From Planctomycetota bacterium (lineage in GTDB: Bacteria; Planctomycetota; UBA8108; SXIK01), in contig CBDCXR010000004.1 of NCBI GenBank assembly GCA_965223845.1, positions 5,632,001 to 5,696,000 of the forward strand: 64,000 nt of DNA. Direction: 5' to 3'. Under the pieces are notes generated by a model. That model saw only the letters and a list, made by a program, of their open reading frames with translations. It had not been told where the DNA came from and did no database searches. A program made the translations under genes and the position numbers. Below, in pieces: positions 39,601 to 47,663 of this stretch (position 1 is the stretch's first letter; every line of letters begins with the position of its first letter).

Positions 39601-41437
39601 TGGCGCGGCGGACTCGCTCGCCGAGCTCGTGCTCCGCGAGATAGTAGAGTTGACTCCGACCCTCGGGCGACGACGAAACCACTTCGTTCTCACGTAGATC
39701 CCTGAGAACACGGCTCGCGGTTCTCGTCTTGAGCCCGGCCGCTCCGGCGATCTCGGCCACGCGCATCGGCGCGCACAGAAGCGACATGGTCTCGATCACG
39801 ACTCCCGTCTCGCCCTCGAGGACGCCCGGTTCATCGACCCGACGTTCGCTCCACGGGATGCGAGCGAGTGGGTCTTCCGGAACTCGGCCGTCGCGCGCGT
39901 ACTCTTCGAGAACGAACCGCGCGAGTTGGCGGAGGCGAAGAGGTGTCCCATCGACGTCGGCGGCCCACGCTCGAAGCTGCCCGCGCACGACGCGAAGAGG
40001 ACGAAGAAACCGCTCGAGCAAGGTGATCGCGACACCGCGCACGAGACCGCCCAGCGCGAGCAGCTCGCATCCGCTGCCGGCTCGCGCGGATGCGAACGAA
40101 GCGGCCTCCGAGCTCACCGCGGCGACGAAGAGCCCACGGGCGCTCTCTCTTCGCTCGGAGCACGCAAGAGCGAGCGCCTCGACGGTCGCCCGACTCTCTG
40201 CGTCGGCCTCGTCCAGGTTGTCGACGAGAACGACGAGCGGAAACGAGTCGCCGGCGAAGTACGTAGCGACGGCGCGCGCCGCGCGTTCCGGTGGCGACCC
40301 ACCGTGCTCGCGAGCGAGCGGTTTCAACCACGCCACCGCCTCCTTCCCGCGTCCGCGGAATGCGCGCCGGAGTTGGCGCTCGAGAGACTCCGAGCTCCCG
40401 CCGGGCAGAAACTCGACCCCCGCGACGTCGAGCCCCCGCCACTGCGCGCGACGGCGCGCCTCGGTGAGGAGCCGCGATTTGCCGACGCCGCGCGGACCGG
40501 TGATCCAAAACGCCCGAGCATGTCCCTCGCTCACCTCTCGGAGCGCGACCTCGACTCGCTCGAGTTCCGCTTCGCGGCCGAGAGTGATCTCGCCGGGTTC
40601 ACCCGCCGGGCGCTCGATCTCACGTGAGCCGACCGCGTGCGCGAGCGCGCGACGAAACTCCCGCGCGCCGCCGAATCGTCGGTCGGGATTCGCGGCCATC
40701 GCTTTCGCGATCACTCGCTCGAGATCGAGCGGGACTCGAGCCGGCCAACCCGGAATGTCGCGCGGCAGGCGCACGTCGCCGTCGCTGCGGCCGGTGAGGC
40801 GGTAGAGGAGCAACCGGCCGACGCGGGCGATATCCGCCGCCGGCCCCTGCGCTTCGACGCGGAGAAAATCCGCCCCGCGCGGCGAGCGCGACGAGAGGAG
40901 GGCGGTCGAGCGAAGGTCTCCGCCCCCGGGTCGGAGCCCGAAGTCGATCAGCACGGTTCCCCGGTTCGCGTCGCGCGCCTGAATCACGTTCCCCGGGTGA
41001 AGGTCGATCGGGGAGATCTCGTGGGCGTGGAGGTAGTCGAGCGCTTCGAGAAGATCGAAGATCGGCCGGAGAAGCGCTTCGGCCGAAAGAGCCTCACCGC
41101 CCTCGCCCATCGCCGGCCCGGGCTCGAGCGGGAGTCCGTCGACGAAGCTCCGCGTGTAGAAGGGGAGACGCCTCTCGCCCTCGGTGTAGCCGAAGTCGTA
41201 CGCCGCTGCGATCTGCGGATGGCGGAGATCGGCGATGACGCGGAATTCGTCGCGGAGTCGCTCGAGACCCTCGTCGGAGAACACCTCGGGACGAATCAGC
41301 TTGAGCGAGACGAGCTCGCCGCGCTGCTCATCGTCGACGAGGTAGACCGTACCCACGCTGCCCGAGCCGAGTCGACGAACGACGCGGTAACGCCCAGCGA
41401 AAACGAAGTCCGAGCTGAACGCAGGGGAGCCGCTCAT
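36683..41437 (-). CDS. Pseudokinase - STAND(AAA_16) - TPR - sigma54-interacting AAA+ - HTH fusion protein
   Basis: Kinase-like: GSGSVG, VSLK, PIDLHPGN, DFG. STAND: LGREAEL...GPRGVGKS. TPRs: ILNNLGIVF. bEBP: GETGVGKD, GAFTGA, LVDGIT, WRGNVRE. C-terminal HTH. Confidence 0.9.
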   Translation of the reverse strand: MSGSPAFSSDFVFAGRYRVVRRLGSGSVGTVYLVDDEQRGELVSLKLIRPEVFSDEGLERLRDEFRVIADLRHPQIAAAYDFGYTEGERRLPFYTRSFVDGLPLEPGPAMGEGGEALSAEALLRPIFDLLEALDYLHAHEISPIDLHPGNVIQARDANRGTVLIDFGLRPGGGDLRSTALLSSRSPRGADFLRVEAQGPAADIARVGRLLLYRLTGRSDGDVRLPRDIPGWPARVPLDLERVIAKAMAANPDRRFGGAREFRRALAHAVGSREIERPAGEPGEITLGREAELERVEVALREVSEGHARAFWITGPRGVGKSRLLTEARRRAQWRGLDVAGVEFLPGGSSESLERQLRRAFRGRGKEAVAWLKPLAREHGGSPPERAARAVATYFAGDSFPLVVLVDNLDEADAESRATVEALALACSERRESARGLFVAAVSSEAASFASARAGSGCELLALGGLVRGVAITLLERFLRPLRVVRGQLRAWAADVDGTPLRLRQLARFVLEEYARDGRVPEDPLARIPWSERRVDEPGVLEGETGVVIETMSLLCAPMRVAEIAGAAGLKTRTASRVLRDLRENEVVSSSPEGRSQLYYLAEHELGERVRRAMPEIRAAEFHRRARDYFGRLPAANLRQRTLLVRLRLATGQQARGREAALSLVSELVGAGRAQTAIALLEAALASESALRRRFELAEEISELRAEEGDHLEGIAALEPLGAEVLRKLPRSDRVRFLRRLGAHFHRAGKPDEAVRLFGDALAISSPAVDRSETVRIECELSELHTLRGDYDEADAACRRGLAALDEIRRGGSADVDGAEVTLRATLGHLELRRMRLAEARDHLSAALRLAEREGIRGPQALILNNLGIVFNQLDRYARARHYFRRSARLISTSGERRSLVQIACNIALIAAKTGDATEARDEIRRARRLLREQSGERLEFFVDFAAGLVEHFLGEETTAIECFERALPIGRELSDEYMVRFGSVYLAEAKMISGRFDDALRILARRQPNSPRPGFELVRRMELARRAALERWLGSPEKASAFAAEAEALPTNPVGFLEGCDRLWLAVAATEFAPAREHLRRAERCLRDLRCPAFDRWLRVAKLYVALWAGDRGEVRELQLALHRAPAIDHRALSVLSPLGESEASAFLGDIDRAQRLVEEAAGAIVGRSFLEIDCRIEEQLAVLADRRGEREAARHHVHRARQTREIIVASLPARRRELYLAQERFSRLERVSEKVERWSARSTTPPRRTGGAELVVRSRQMEDLVASALRLAAVDQPVLIVGETGVGKDLLARVLHDRGPRAAEPFEVIACGALPEELFEAELFGHAAGAFTGAEASRSGILEHASGGTLLVDGITDLPFAHQAQLLRVLDRQTVRPLGSLDDRPIDVRFLFTSRALPRAGDEAGALREDLLFRIGALTLEIPPLRDRPEDIPPIFEHLLARHARKLGRRVPVVESAAFALLSGQPWRGNVRELEGLALRVLVERSIAERITAEDLAELLTPSEDGGVDPDVPRSLLAGRNIAAVRRIVDRAYLRDRFRAHAGDLGAMRAELGVKKSRLYAWLREVGLDVRTLRGEMTRRDRR

Positions 41438-41819
41438 GGCTCTTAGCGTAAGCTCCGAGCGACGAAGAGCGGCAGGAATTCACGGACGGGTTTGATCTCG
41501 AGTTGACCGTGACGCGAAGCAGCGAAGAAGACGACGACGGTGGCCGCCGCGTGCCGGATGAGAATGGTGTCGGCGATCCTCGCGTCTCCCGGCCGGCGGG
41601 CCGCCGAGATTGTCTCACCTCCGGGAATCCATCGCGCGAGGTCGAAAGTTCCGGACGCGGAGTGAGCGCCGAGATGCGGTCGAGTCGCACCGCTCAGGCG
41701 CCGGCTCGAGTTCATCTCGGTCTGAATGCAAACGAGTTCCCGCCGTCTCAGAGATAATCGAGCCGAGAGGGGAACAGAGATCACCCCTGCGAGAGAACTT
41801 CAACGAACGAGGGCATCCG

Positions 41820-42263
41820 ATGACACGAGCTGCTGTTTTCCTCGCGCCGCTTTTCCTTTTCGTTTCCGCGTGCACGATCTACGTTCCCGTGCGCGAACGT
41901 CGGGCGCCGCGTTACGAGCCCGCACCGCACTCGCCAGTGTCTGCGACGGCCGCGGAGATCGACGCCGCGTGCCGACTCGACATCGACTTTCAGAAGCAGG
42001 AAGCCCTCACTCGGATCGCCCGGCGATCGAATCTCGATCCGGAAGACCAAGCCCAACTAGCGCGCGCGGCTCTCGAATGTCTCTCGATCGATCTTCAAAA
42101 ACGCGATGTGCTCCTCCAGATCATCAACGGGCCCCGCTTCGGAGAGCCGGCGAAGATCGCGATCCTCGACGGTCTCGATTCCCTCGCGATCAGTCACATG
42201 CGAAACGAGATCCTCGCGGCGATCGACGCCCGGGGAGAGCGAGACGCGCTGCCTTCCGAGTAG
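41820..42263 (+). CDS. Small lipoprotein with helical repeats
   Basis: Lipobox FVSA-C. Three similar helical units: LDIDFQKQEAL, LSIDLQKRDVL, LAISHMRNEIL. Confidence 0.75.
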   Translation: MTRAAVFLAPLFLFVSACTIYVPVRERRAPRYEPAPHSPVSATAAEIDAACRLDIDFQKQEALTRIARRSNLDPEDQAQLARAALECLSIDLQKRDVLLQIINGPRFGEPAKIAILDGLDSLAISHMRNEILAAIDARGERDALPSE

Positions 42264-42453
42264 ACGCCGACTGCGGGGCGGGAATCGATGGCGTCGACGC
42301 CATTCGCCATCGCCTCGAGTAGATCCCGCGAAACTCCGGCCACGCGTTTCGGCTTTCGTGCGGGCCGATGAGTCGGTTCTGGAGGAGATCGCCGCCTCGT
42401 CGTACCCTGGAGAGGTCCGTCCTCGGCTCCCCTCCACTCTCGTTGGCTCAGCG

Positions 42454-44118
42454 ATGCGAACTCCCGGACTCGTAACTCCCGTGCTCGCGATCTTCGTGAG
42501 CACCTTGTCGACCCAAGCAGAAACGCTCACGGAGGACACGGTCTGGTCGGGCACGGTCGACGTCGAAGGCGAGCTCGAAGTCGCGGACGGTGTAACGCTT
42601 TCCATCGACCCGGGAACCGTCGTCCGGCTCGCTCCGGGCGCGACCGTCGTCGTCCGCGGACGCCTCATGGCCGACGGCACGGAACCCGAGCCGATTCGGT
42701 TCACCCGCGCGAGCGACACCGAGCCGTGGGAGCGAATCTACTTCATCCGTGCCGACGACAGTCGTCTCCGCTACGTGACCATCGAGTACGCGGACTCCGA
42801 GGGCGACCACAAGGACTATTACGACGACAAAGACGAGAACTGCGAGCCCGTCTCCGAACGAGACCCGCGCGATTATCACGAAGCGGTCGTCGTCATCGCG
42901 AGTCACGTCGACATCGAGAATTGTGTCTTTCAGAATCTTCCGGGCGGCGGCGACGACGAAGGCGATGCGATCGCTGTCATCTCCGACGATCCCGTGCATC
43001 CGGGTGACGCCAGCGCGATCATCCGCGGGTGTCAGTTCCTTTCGATCGGCCAGGGAGTGCACACCCGCTACGCGTACGTTCTCGTCGAGGAGTGTTTCTT
43101 TACGGATCACCACGGGGACAACGACGACGTCGATCTCTACGGCGAAAGCGACCCCCCACCGCTCATCCTCAACAACGTTTTTCTCGATCCCGACCACGAC
43201 GACATGATCAATCCGACGCGCTGCTCCGCGCGGCTCATCGGGAACGTGATCGCCGGGAGCGACGATCACGGGATCGTGCTTCGCGATCGTTGCGATCCGG
43301 TGCTCATCAACAACGTGATCTATGACTGTTCGAGTGCGGGCATCGCCGTTCAGAATTCCTGCGACGCCCTCCTCGTGAACAACACCATCGCGAACTGCGG
43401 GCGCGGTGTGCGCTTCTTCGATCACACGGGACGATGGGGACTCCCGTACTGCCTCACGCCCGGAAGTGGACGTGCGACCGTGATCAACACCATCGTTTGG
43501 GATTGCCCGACTCCGATGTCGCTCGCCGACACGCCGTACGAAGAGGAGCCGGGCTCTCACGTCACGATCGAGTATTCGAGCATCGATGGGACGCTCGAGG
43601 ACTTTTCGGTCGATAGCGAATCGACGGTGACGTGGGGTGACGGGAATCGGAGCGACCCGCCGATGTTCGTCGATCCAGATTCGGGTGATTTCCGTCTCGC
43701 GGAGGGATCTCCGCTCGTCGATCAAGGCACGGCAGACGGTGCGCCCGAGATCGATTTCGACGGCAAGCCTCGACCCTGCGGAGAGGGGGTGGACATCGGA
43801 GCATTCGAGTACGGCGAGTGCGACGACCCGCCGCCGCCCGGACCGCGGTTCGTGCGCGGCGATGCCAACGCCGACGGTAGCGAAGACGTTTCGGACGCGC
43901 TGACGATTCTCTTCTTTCTCTTCGGCGATGGTGCGGAGCCCGTCTGTCGAAAGAGCGCCGATGCGGACGACAGCGGTGAACTCAACCTCGCCGACGCCGT
44001 GTATTCACTCAACTCGCTCTTCCTCCTCGGCCCTGCACCGCCGCTGCCGAACGGCGCCTGTGGCGCGGATCCGACCGAGGATGGACTTCCGTGCGAAGCG
44101 TACCCGCCTTGCGCGTGA
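42454..44118 (+). CDS. Secreted right-handed parallel beta-helix protein with C-terminal dockerin-like domain
   Basis: Signal peptide, NNxI-type PbH1 repeats, DFRLAEGSPLVDQG...DIGAFEY, FVRGDANADG...SADADDSGELNLAD. Confidence 0.85.
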   Translation: MRTPGLVTPVLAIFVSTLSTQAETLTEDTVWSGTVDVEGELEVADGVTLSIDPGTVVRLAPGATVVVRGRLMADGTEPEPIRFTRASDTEPWERIYFIRADDSRLRYVTIEYADSEGDHKDYYDDKDENCEPVSERDPRDYHEAVVVIASHVDIENCVFQNLPGGGDDEGDAIAVISDDPVHPGDASAIIRGCQFLSIGQGVHTRYAYVLVEECFFTDHHGDNDDVDLYGESDPPPLILNNVFLDPDHDDMINPTRCSARLIGNVIAGSDDHGIVLRDRCDPVLINNVIYDCSSAGIAVQNSCDALLVNNTIANCGRGVRFFDHTGRWGLPYCLTPGSGRATVINTIVWDCPTPMSLADTPYEEEPGSHVTIEYSSIDGTLEDFSVDSESTVTWGDGNRSDPPMFVDPDSGDFRLAEGSPLVDQGTADGAPEIDFDGKPRPCGEGVDIGAFEYGECDDPPPPGPRFVRGDANADGSEDVSDALTILFFLFGDGAEPVCRKSADADDSGELNLADAVYSLNSLFLLGPAPPLPNGACGADPTEDGLPCEAYPPCA

Positions 44119-44290
44119 GCGTTTCGTGATCGTCGATGGGAAAGGCTCCCAACGCGCGGGGGATTCCCCTTTCTGTTCTCGATTCCACGACGCGAGCTGC
44201 GCGTATCACCGGGCGCGACGGCGGGCGGCGGTGCGACCGACTCCGGTGCGCGCGGAGTGCGGAGGCGAGCGCGAGGCGGCGGCGGAGGGA

Positions 44291-44320
44291 GAGGAGGAGG
44301 AGGAGGAGGAGGAGAAGAAG
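44291..44320. repeat. (GAG)n/(AAG)n trinucleotide tract between convergent genes
   Basis: GAGGAGGAGGAGGAGGAGGAGGAGAAGAAG. Confidence 0.8.
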
Positions 44321-44369
44321 TTTGTCGGGAACGGGAACAACACGCCTCGGGAGGAGACGCGCGCGATCC

Positions 44370-44795
44370 CTAGTGCTCCTCGCCCCGATAGATCCACATC
44401 GACCGCGTCCGGCCCGCCGGCTCGAAACCGCATTCTTGATAGAATTCCATCGCCGCTCCGTCCGCGACCAGAATCTGCTGGTGAAATCCGGCGTATTTCG
44501 TTTGGAGCATCCGCATCAGTCGTCGCCCGATGCCGAGGCGGCGATACTCGGGAAGAACGAGAAGATGCGGGTAGTAGACGACGAGTGCGCCATCGGAGAT
44601 CGCGTTGCCGAGCCCGACGAGCTTCGCGCCGTCCCAGGCCGATGCGACCGCGTGCGAATTCGCGAGCGCCGAACAGAGCTCGTCCGGGCGATCGGCTGCG
44701 GACCACTCGTTCTTTCGATAGAGCTCGAGGACCTCAGCGCGCGGTAGGTCTCGAGTTTCTTGGTAGCGCAGGCGTTCGGGGTCGACGGACGTCAT
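44370..44795 (-). CDS. GNAT family N-acetyltransferase
   Basis: LLVLPEYRRLGIGRRLM, EFYQECGF. ATG at 44795. Confidence 0.9.
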   Translation of the reverse strand: MTSVDPERLRYQETRDLPRAEVLELYRKNEWSAADRPDELCSALANSHAVASAWDGAKLVGLGNAISDGALVVYYPHLLVLPEYRRLGIGRRLMRMLQTKYAGFHQQILVADGAAMEFYQECGFEPAGRTRSMWIYRGEEH

Positions 44796-44875
44796 GCCCC
44801 TTATTGTAGAAAGATTCCTGGTAGGCGAAAGGCGGTCACGAGTCGGCTCGTCGCAAGAGAAGGAAAGGGAGAAGG

Positions 44876-45337
44876 ATGACCGGCGCGCCTGAACGCGAGG
44901 CGCCAAGCAGGAACGAGCGACGCCGAAGGTTCGTCGCGGTCACCGCGCTACTCGCGGGACTCGCTACGGCAGCGGCTCTCGTCGCGTCCCTCCTCGTCCG
45001 CCACTGGACCTGTTTCAGTGCATGGCAGAGTCCGTCACCGAACATCATCGGCGAGTGGGAAAACGTCTCCCCGCTGTCGGAGTTCGACCGAGTGTCGCTC
45101 CCCCCTCGAGTTGGGTTTTCCGCCGATGACCGCTACCGAACCCTCGATACCGCCGCCGACGAGAGCCGGTTCTGGGCGACCGGGTCGTACCATCTCGAAG
45201 GGTCTCGCCTGACGATCGCCGCGGATCTCTACGGTTCGCGCTTCGATGTCGCGACGGTCGAAGTCTCACGGTTCGGCTGCGATCTCATCATCACCTACGG
45301 AGACCGCACGCGTCTCCACTATCGCCGAATCCACTGA
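44876..45337 (+). CDS. Hypothetical membrane-anchored protein (lipocalin-like beta barrel)
   Basis: One TM segment, IIGEW...GSYHLEGSRL pattern, AAGGA RBS. Confidence 0.6.
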   Translation: MTGAPEREAPSRNERRRRFVAVTALLAGLATAAALVASLLVRHWTCFSAWQSPSPNIIGEWENVSPLSEFDRVSLPPRVGFSADDRYRTLDTAADESRFWATGSYHLEGSRLTIAADLYGSRFDVATVEVSRFGCDLIITYGDRTRLHYRRIH

Positions 45338-45369
45338 ACGAACGCGCGGGCCGAAGACGGCGTCGGAGC

Positions 45370-47010
45370 TCAGATTCGGCCACTCAGCTCACGGATTTCG
45401 TGATTGAGGATGTGATCGTTCTCCGAGTAGTCGACCGGGACATCGATGACGTCGATACCCCGCGAAGCGAGGCTCTGCTCTAAGAGTGGGAGAAGCTCCG
45501 CTGCCGACGCGACGCGATGCCCACGCGCACCGTAGCTCTCGGCGTAGCGGACGAAGTCCGGGTTCTTGAAGTCGAGACCGAAGCTCGGGAACCCCGAATT
45601 CGACTGCTTCCACTTGATCATCCCGTAGGCGCTGTCGTTCAGAATCAAAACAACGAGGTTGAGGTCGAGTCGGACCGCGGTTTCGAGTTCCTGCGAATTC
45701 ATCATGAAGCCGCCGTCGCCGCAAATCGCCATCACCTTGCGATTCGGATCGAGAAGGGACGCGGTCATCGCCGATGGCAGGCCCGCGCCCATCGTCGCGA
45801 GCGCATTGTCGAGCAGCACGGTGTTGGGACAGTGTGCGCGGTAGTTGCGCGCAAACCAGATCTTGTAGACGCCGTTGTCGAGCGCGATCACACCTTCGGA
45901 TGGCATCGTGCGGCGAACCTCGGCGACGAGTCGCTGCGGATAGATGGGAAAGCGGTCGTCGTCCGCTCCGACCTCGACGTGGCGATCGAAGTGCTCCTTC
46001 ACTTCGCAGAAACGGGAAAAGTCCCAGCTCGCCTGCGGTGACACGCGTTCGGCGAGTTGCCAGATACTGTTGGCGATATCGCCCACCATCTCCACCTGCG
46101 GAAAGTAGACGGGATCGACCGCCGCCGACGTGAAGTTGACGTGGATCACCTGGGGCCCGCCGGGTGACATGAAGAAGGGCGGCTTCTCGACGACGTCGTG
46201 ACCGACGTTCAGGATGACGTCGGCGGCCTCGATCGCGCGGTGGACAAAGTCTCCGTCGGAGAGTGCAGCGTTCCCGAGGAATCTCTCGTCGCGCTCATCG
46301 ACGACGCCCTTCCCCATTTGCGTCGTGAAGAAGGGAATCCCGGTGCGATCGATGAACCGCCGGAGCATTCGGCTCGTCAGCTTGCGATTCGCGCCGGCCC
46401 CGACGAGCACGAGCGGCGAACGCGCGGCTTCGAGAAGTTTCGCCGCGCGCGCGACCGCTTTCTCTTCACAGATAGGACGCCGGACCACGCTCGCCGGCCG
46501 CGGCGGGACCGAAGCGTCTTCGGCGGCGATGTCCTCCGGGAGCTCGAGGTGGACTGCACCCGGGCGCTCTTCCTGCGAAAGTCGAATTGCCTCGCGCACC
46601 CGTGACGGGATCGCCTCACCGCTCACGATCTGCCGCGTGTACTTGGTGAGTGGGCGCATCATGTCGACGACATCGACGATCTGAAAATGACCTTGCTTGC
46701 TCGTCTTGATGGGCTTCTGCCCGGTGATCATCAACATCGGCATCGCGCCGAGTTGAGCGTACGCCGCGGGCGTGACGAAATTCGTCGCGCCGGGACCGAG
46801 CGTCGCGAGGCACACTCCGGTCTTTCCGGTCAGCCGTCCGTACGTCGCCGCCATGAAACCCGCGCCTTGCTCGTGGCGCGTGAGGATGAGGCGGATGTTC
46901 GAGCGGGAGAGCGAGTCGAGGAAATCGAGGTTTTCCTCACCGGGAACGCCGAAGACGAACTCGACGCCTTCGGCCTCGAGCGCTTCGACGAATCGATCGG
47001 ATGCTTTCAT
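45370..47010 (-). CDS. ilvB: Acetolactate synthase large subunit (ThDP-dependent)
   Basis: FGVPGEENL, RHEQGAGFMA, TLGPGATN, ThDP motif GDGGFMMNSQE...NDSAYG. Confidence 0.9.
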   Translation of the reverse strand: MKASDRFVEALEAEGVEFVFGVPGEENLDFLDSLSRSNIRLILTRHEQGAGFMAATYGRLTGKTGVCLATLGPGATNFVTPAAYAQLGAMPMLMITGQKPIKTSKQGHFQIVDVVDMMRPLTKYTRQIVSGEAIPSRVREAIRLSQEERPGAVHLELPEDIAAEDASVPPRPASVVRRPICEEKAVARAAKLLEAARSPLVLVGAGANRKLTSRMLRRFIDRTGIPFFTTQMGKGVVDERDERFLGNAALSDGDFVHRAIEAADVILNVGHDVVEKPPFFMSPGGPQVIHVNFTSAAVDPVYFPQVEMVGDIANSIWQLAERVSPQASWDFSRFCEVKEHFDRHVEVGADDDRFPIYPQRLVAEVRRTMPSEGVIALDNGVYKIWFARNYRAHCPNTVLLDNALATMGAGLPSAMTASLLDPNRKVMAICGDGGFMMNSQELETAVRLDLNLVVLILNDSAYGMIKWKQSNSGFPSFGLDFKNPDFVRYAESYGARGHRVASAAELLPLLEQSLASRGIDVIDVPVDYSENDHILNHEIRELSGRI

Positions 47011-47663
47011 TCTGTGCACTCCTCTGGTGTCTGCCGTTCCGAACGAACGGGAGGTGAAGAACGCTCCCGCGATCAGAGGCGATTTCTTTCCCTGCGGAAA
47101 TGGCGGTTAACGCAAATCGCGAGTTCGAGCGCGGGCGAACGATCGCCACGTCCCTCGTTCGTTTACCTCACCACGTTAGCAACTCATTTCTCGTCGGTGA
47201 CGTCAACTCGAGCTTGGTCACGAATCAGTGAGCGTGAGGGCGAGAGGATCGTCGAGAACGAGGGACGAGAAGGGAACGAGGATTGATCGTCTCTTCGATT
47301 GCTCAAGACCAAACCGCGGGCGGGCGCACGAGTCTCGCGAAGTGATTCAGCAACTCGCCTCACCTACTGCAATCCGGTGTCGTCGGGGCTCGTTCCCGAG
47401 GTGAAGGCGTGGCCGGGTCCGGGGCTCCGGGCCTACACCCCGTGTCCCCCGGGCCGAGCCCCCGGCTGCGCCCCCACCCGGTCCGGACCCCGAATTCCGA
47501 GGTCCGGGTGGCAGACCACGGGGTTCTTAAGTCGCTGTTCGCGCGATCCCTGGGCGGGGTGTACCCTGGATGGCTAGCCTGAGGGATCCACGAGGGGATG
47601 CCTCGACTCGCTGTCAGATCGCGCCGGTCGAACGACCGGCCGGTGATCAAGGAATCCAAAGCC

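Noticed and set aside
41727-41742. Possible minus-strand sigma54 motif CGGGAACTCGTTTGCA upstream of the second activator
   Set aside because: The GG-N10-GC spacing is right, but the -24 element matches TGGCAC poorly and the motif is about 290 bp from the start codon.
43928-44809. ORF containing poly-Glu from the GAG tract
   Set aside because: It overlaps two supported genes and the tract is intergenic.
47420-47580. Resemblance to the c-di-GMP-I riboswitch P2 (GGGCCTA...ATGGC.AGCC)
   Set aside because: It lacks the conserved GGCAAA/GAAA/GCAAA elements, so it is kept only as an unassigned structured candidate.
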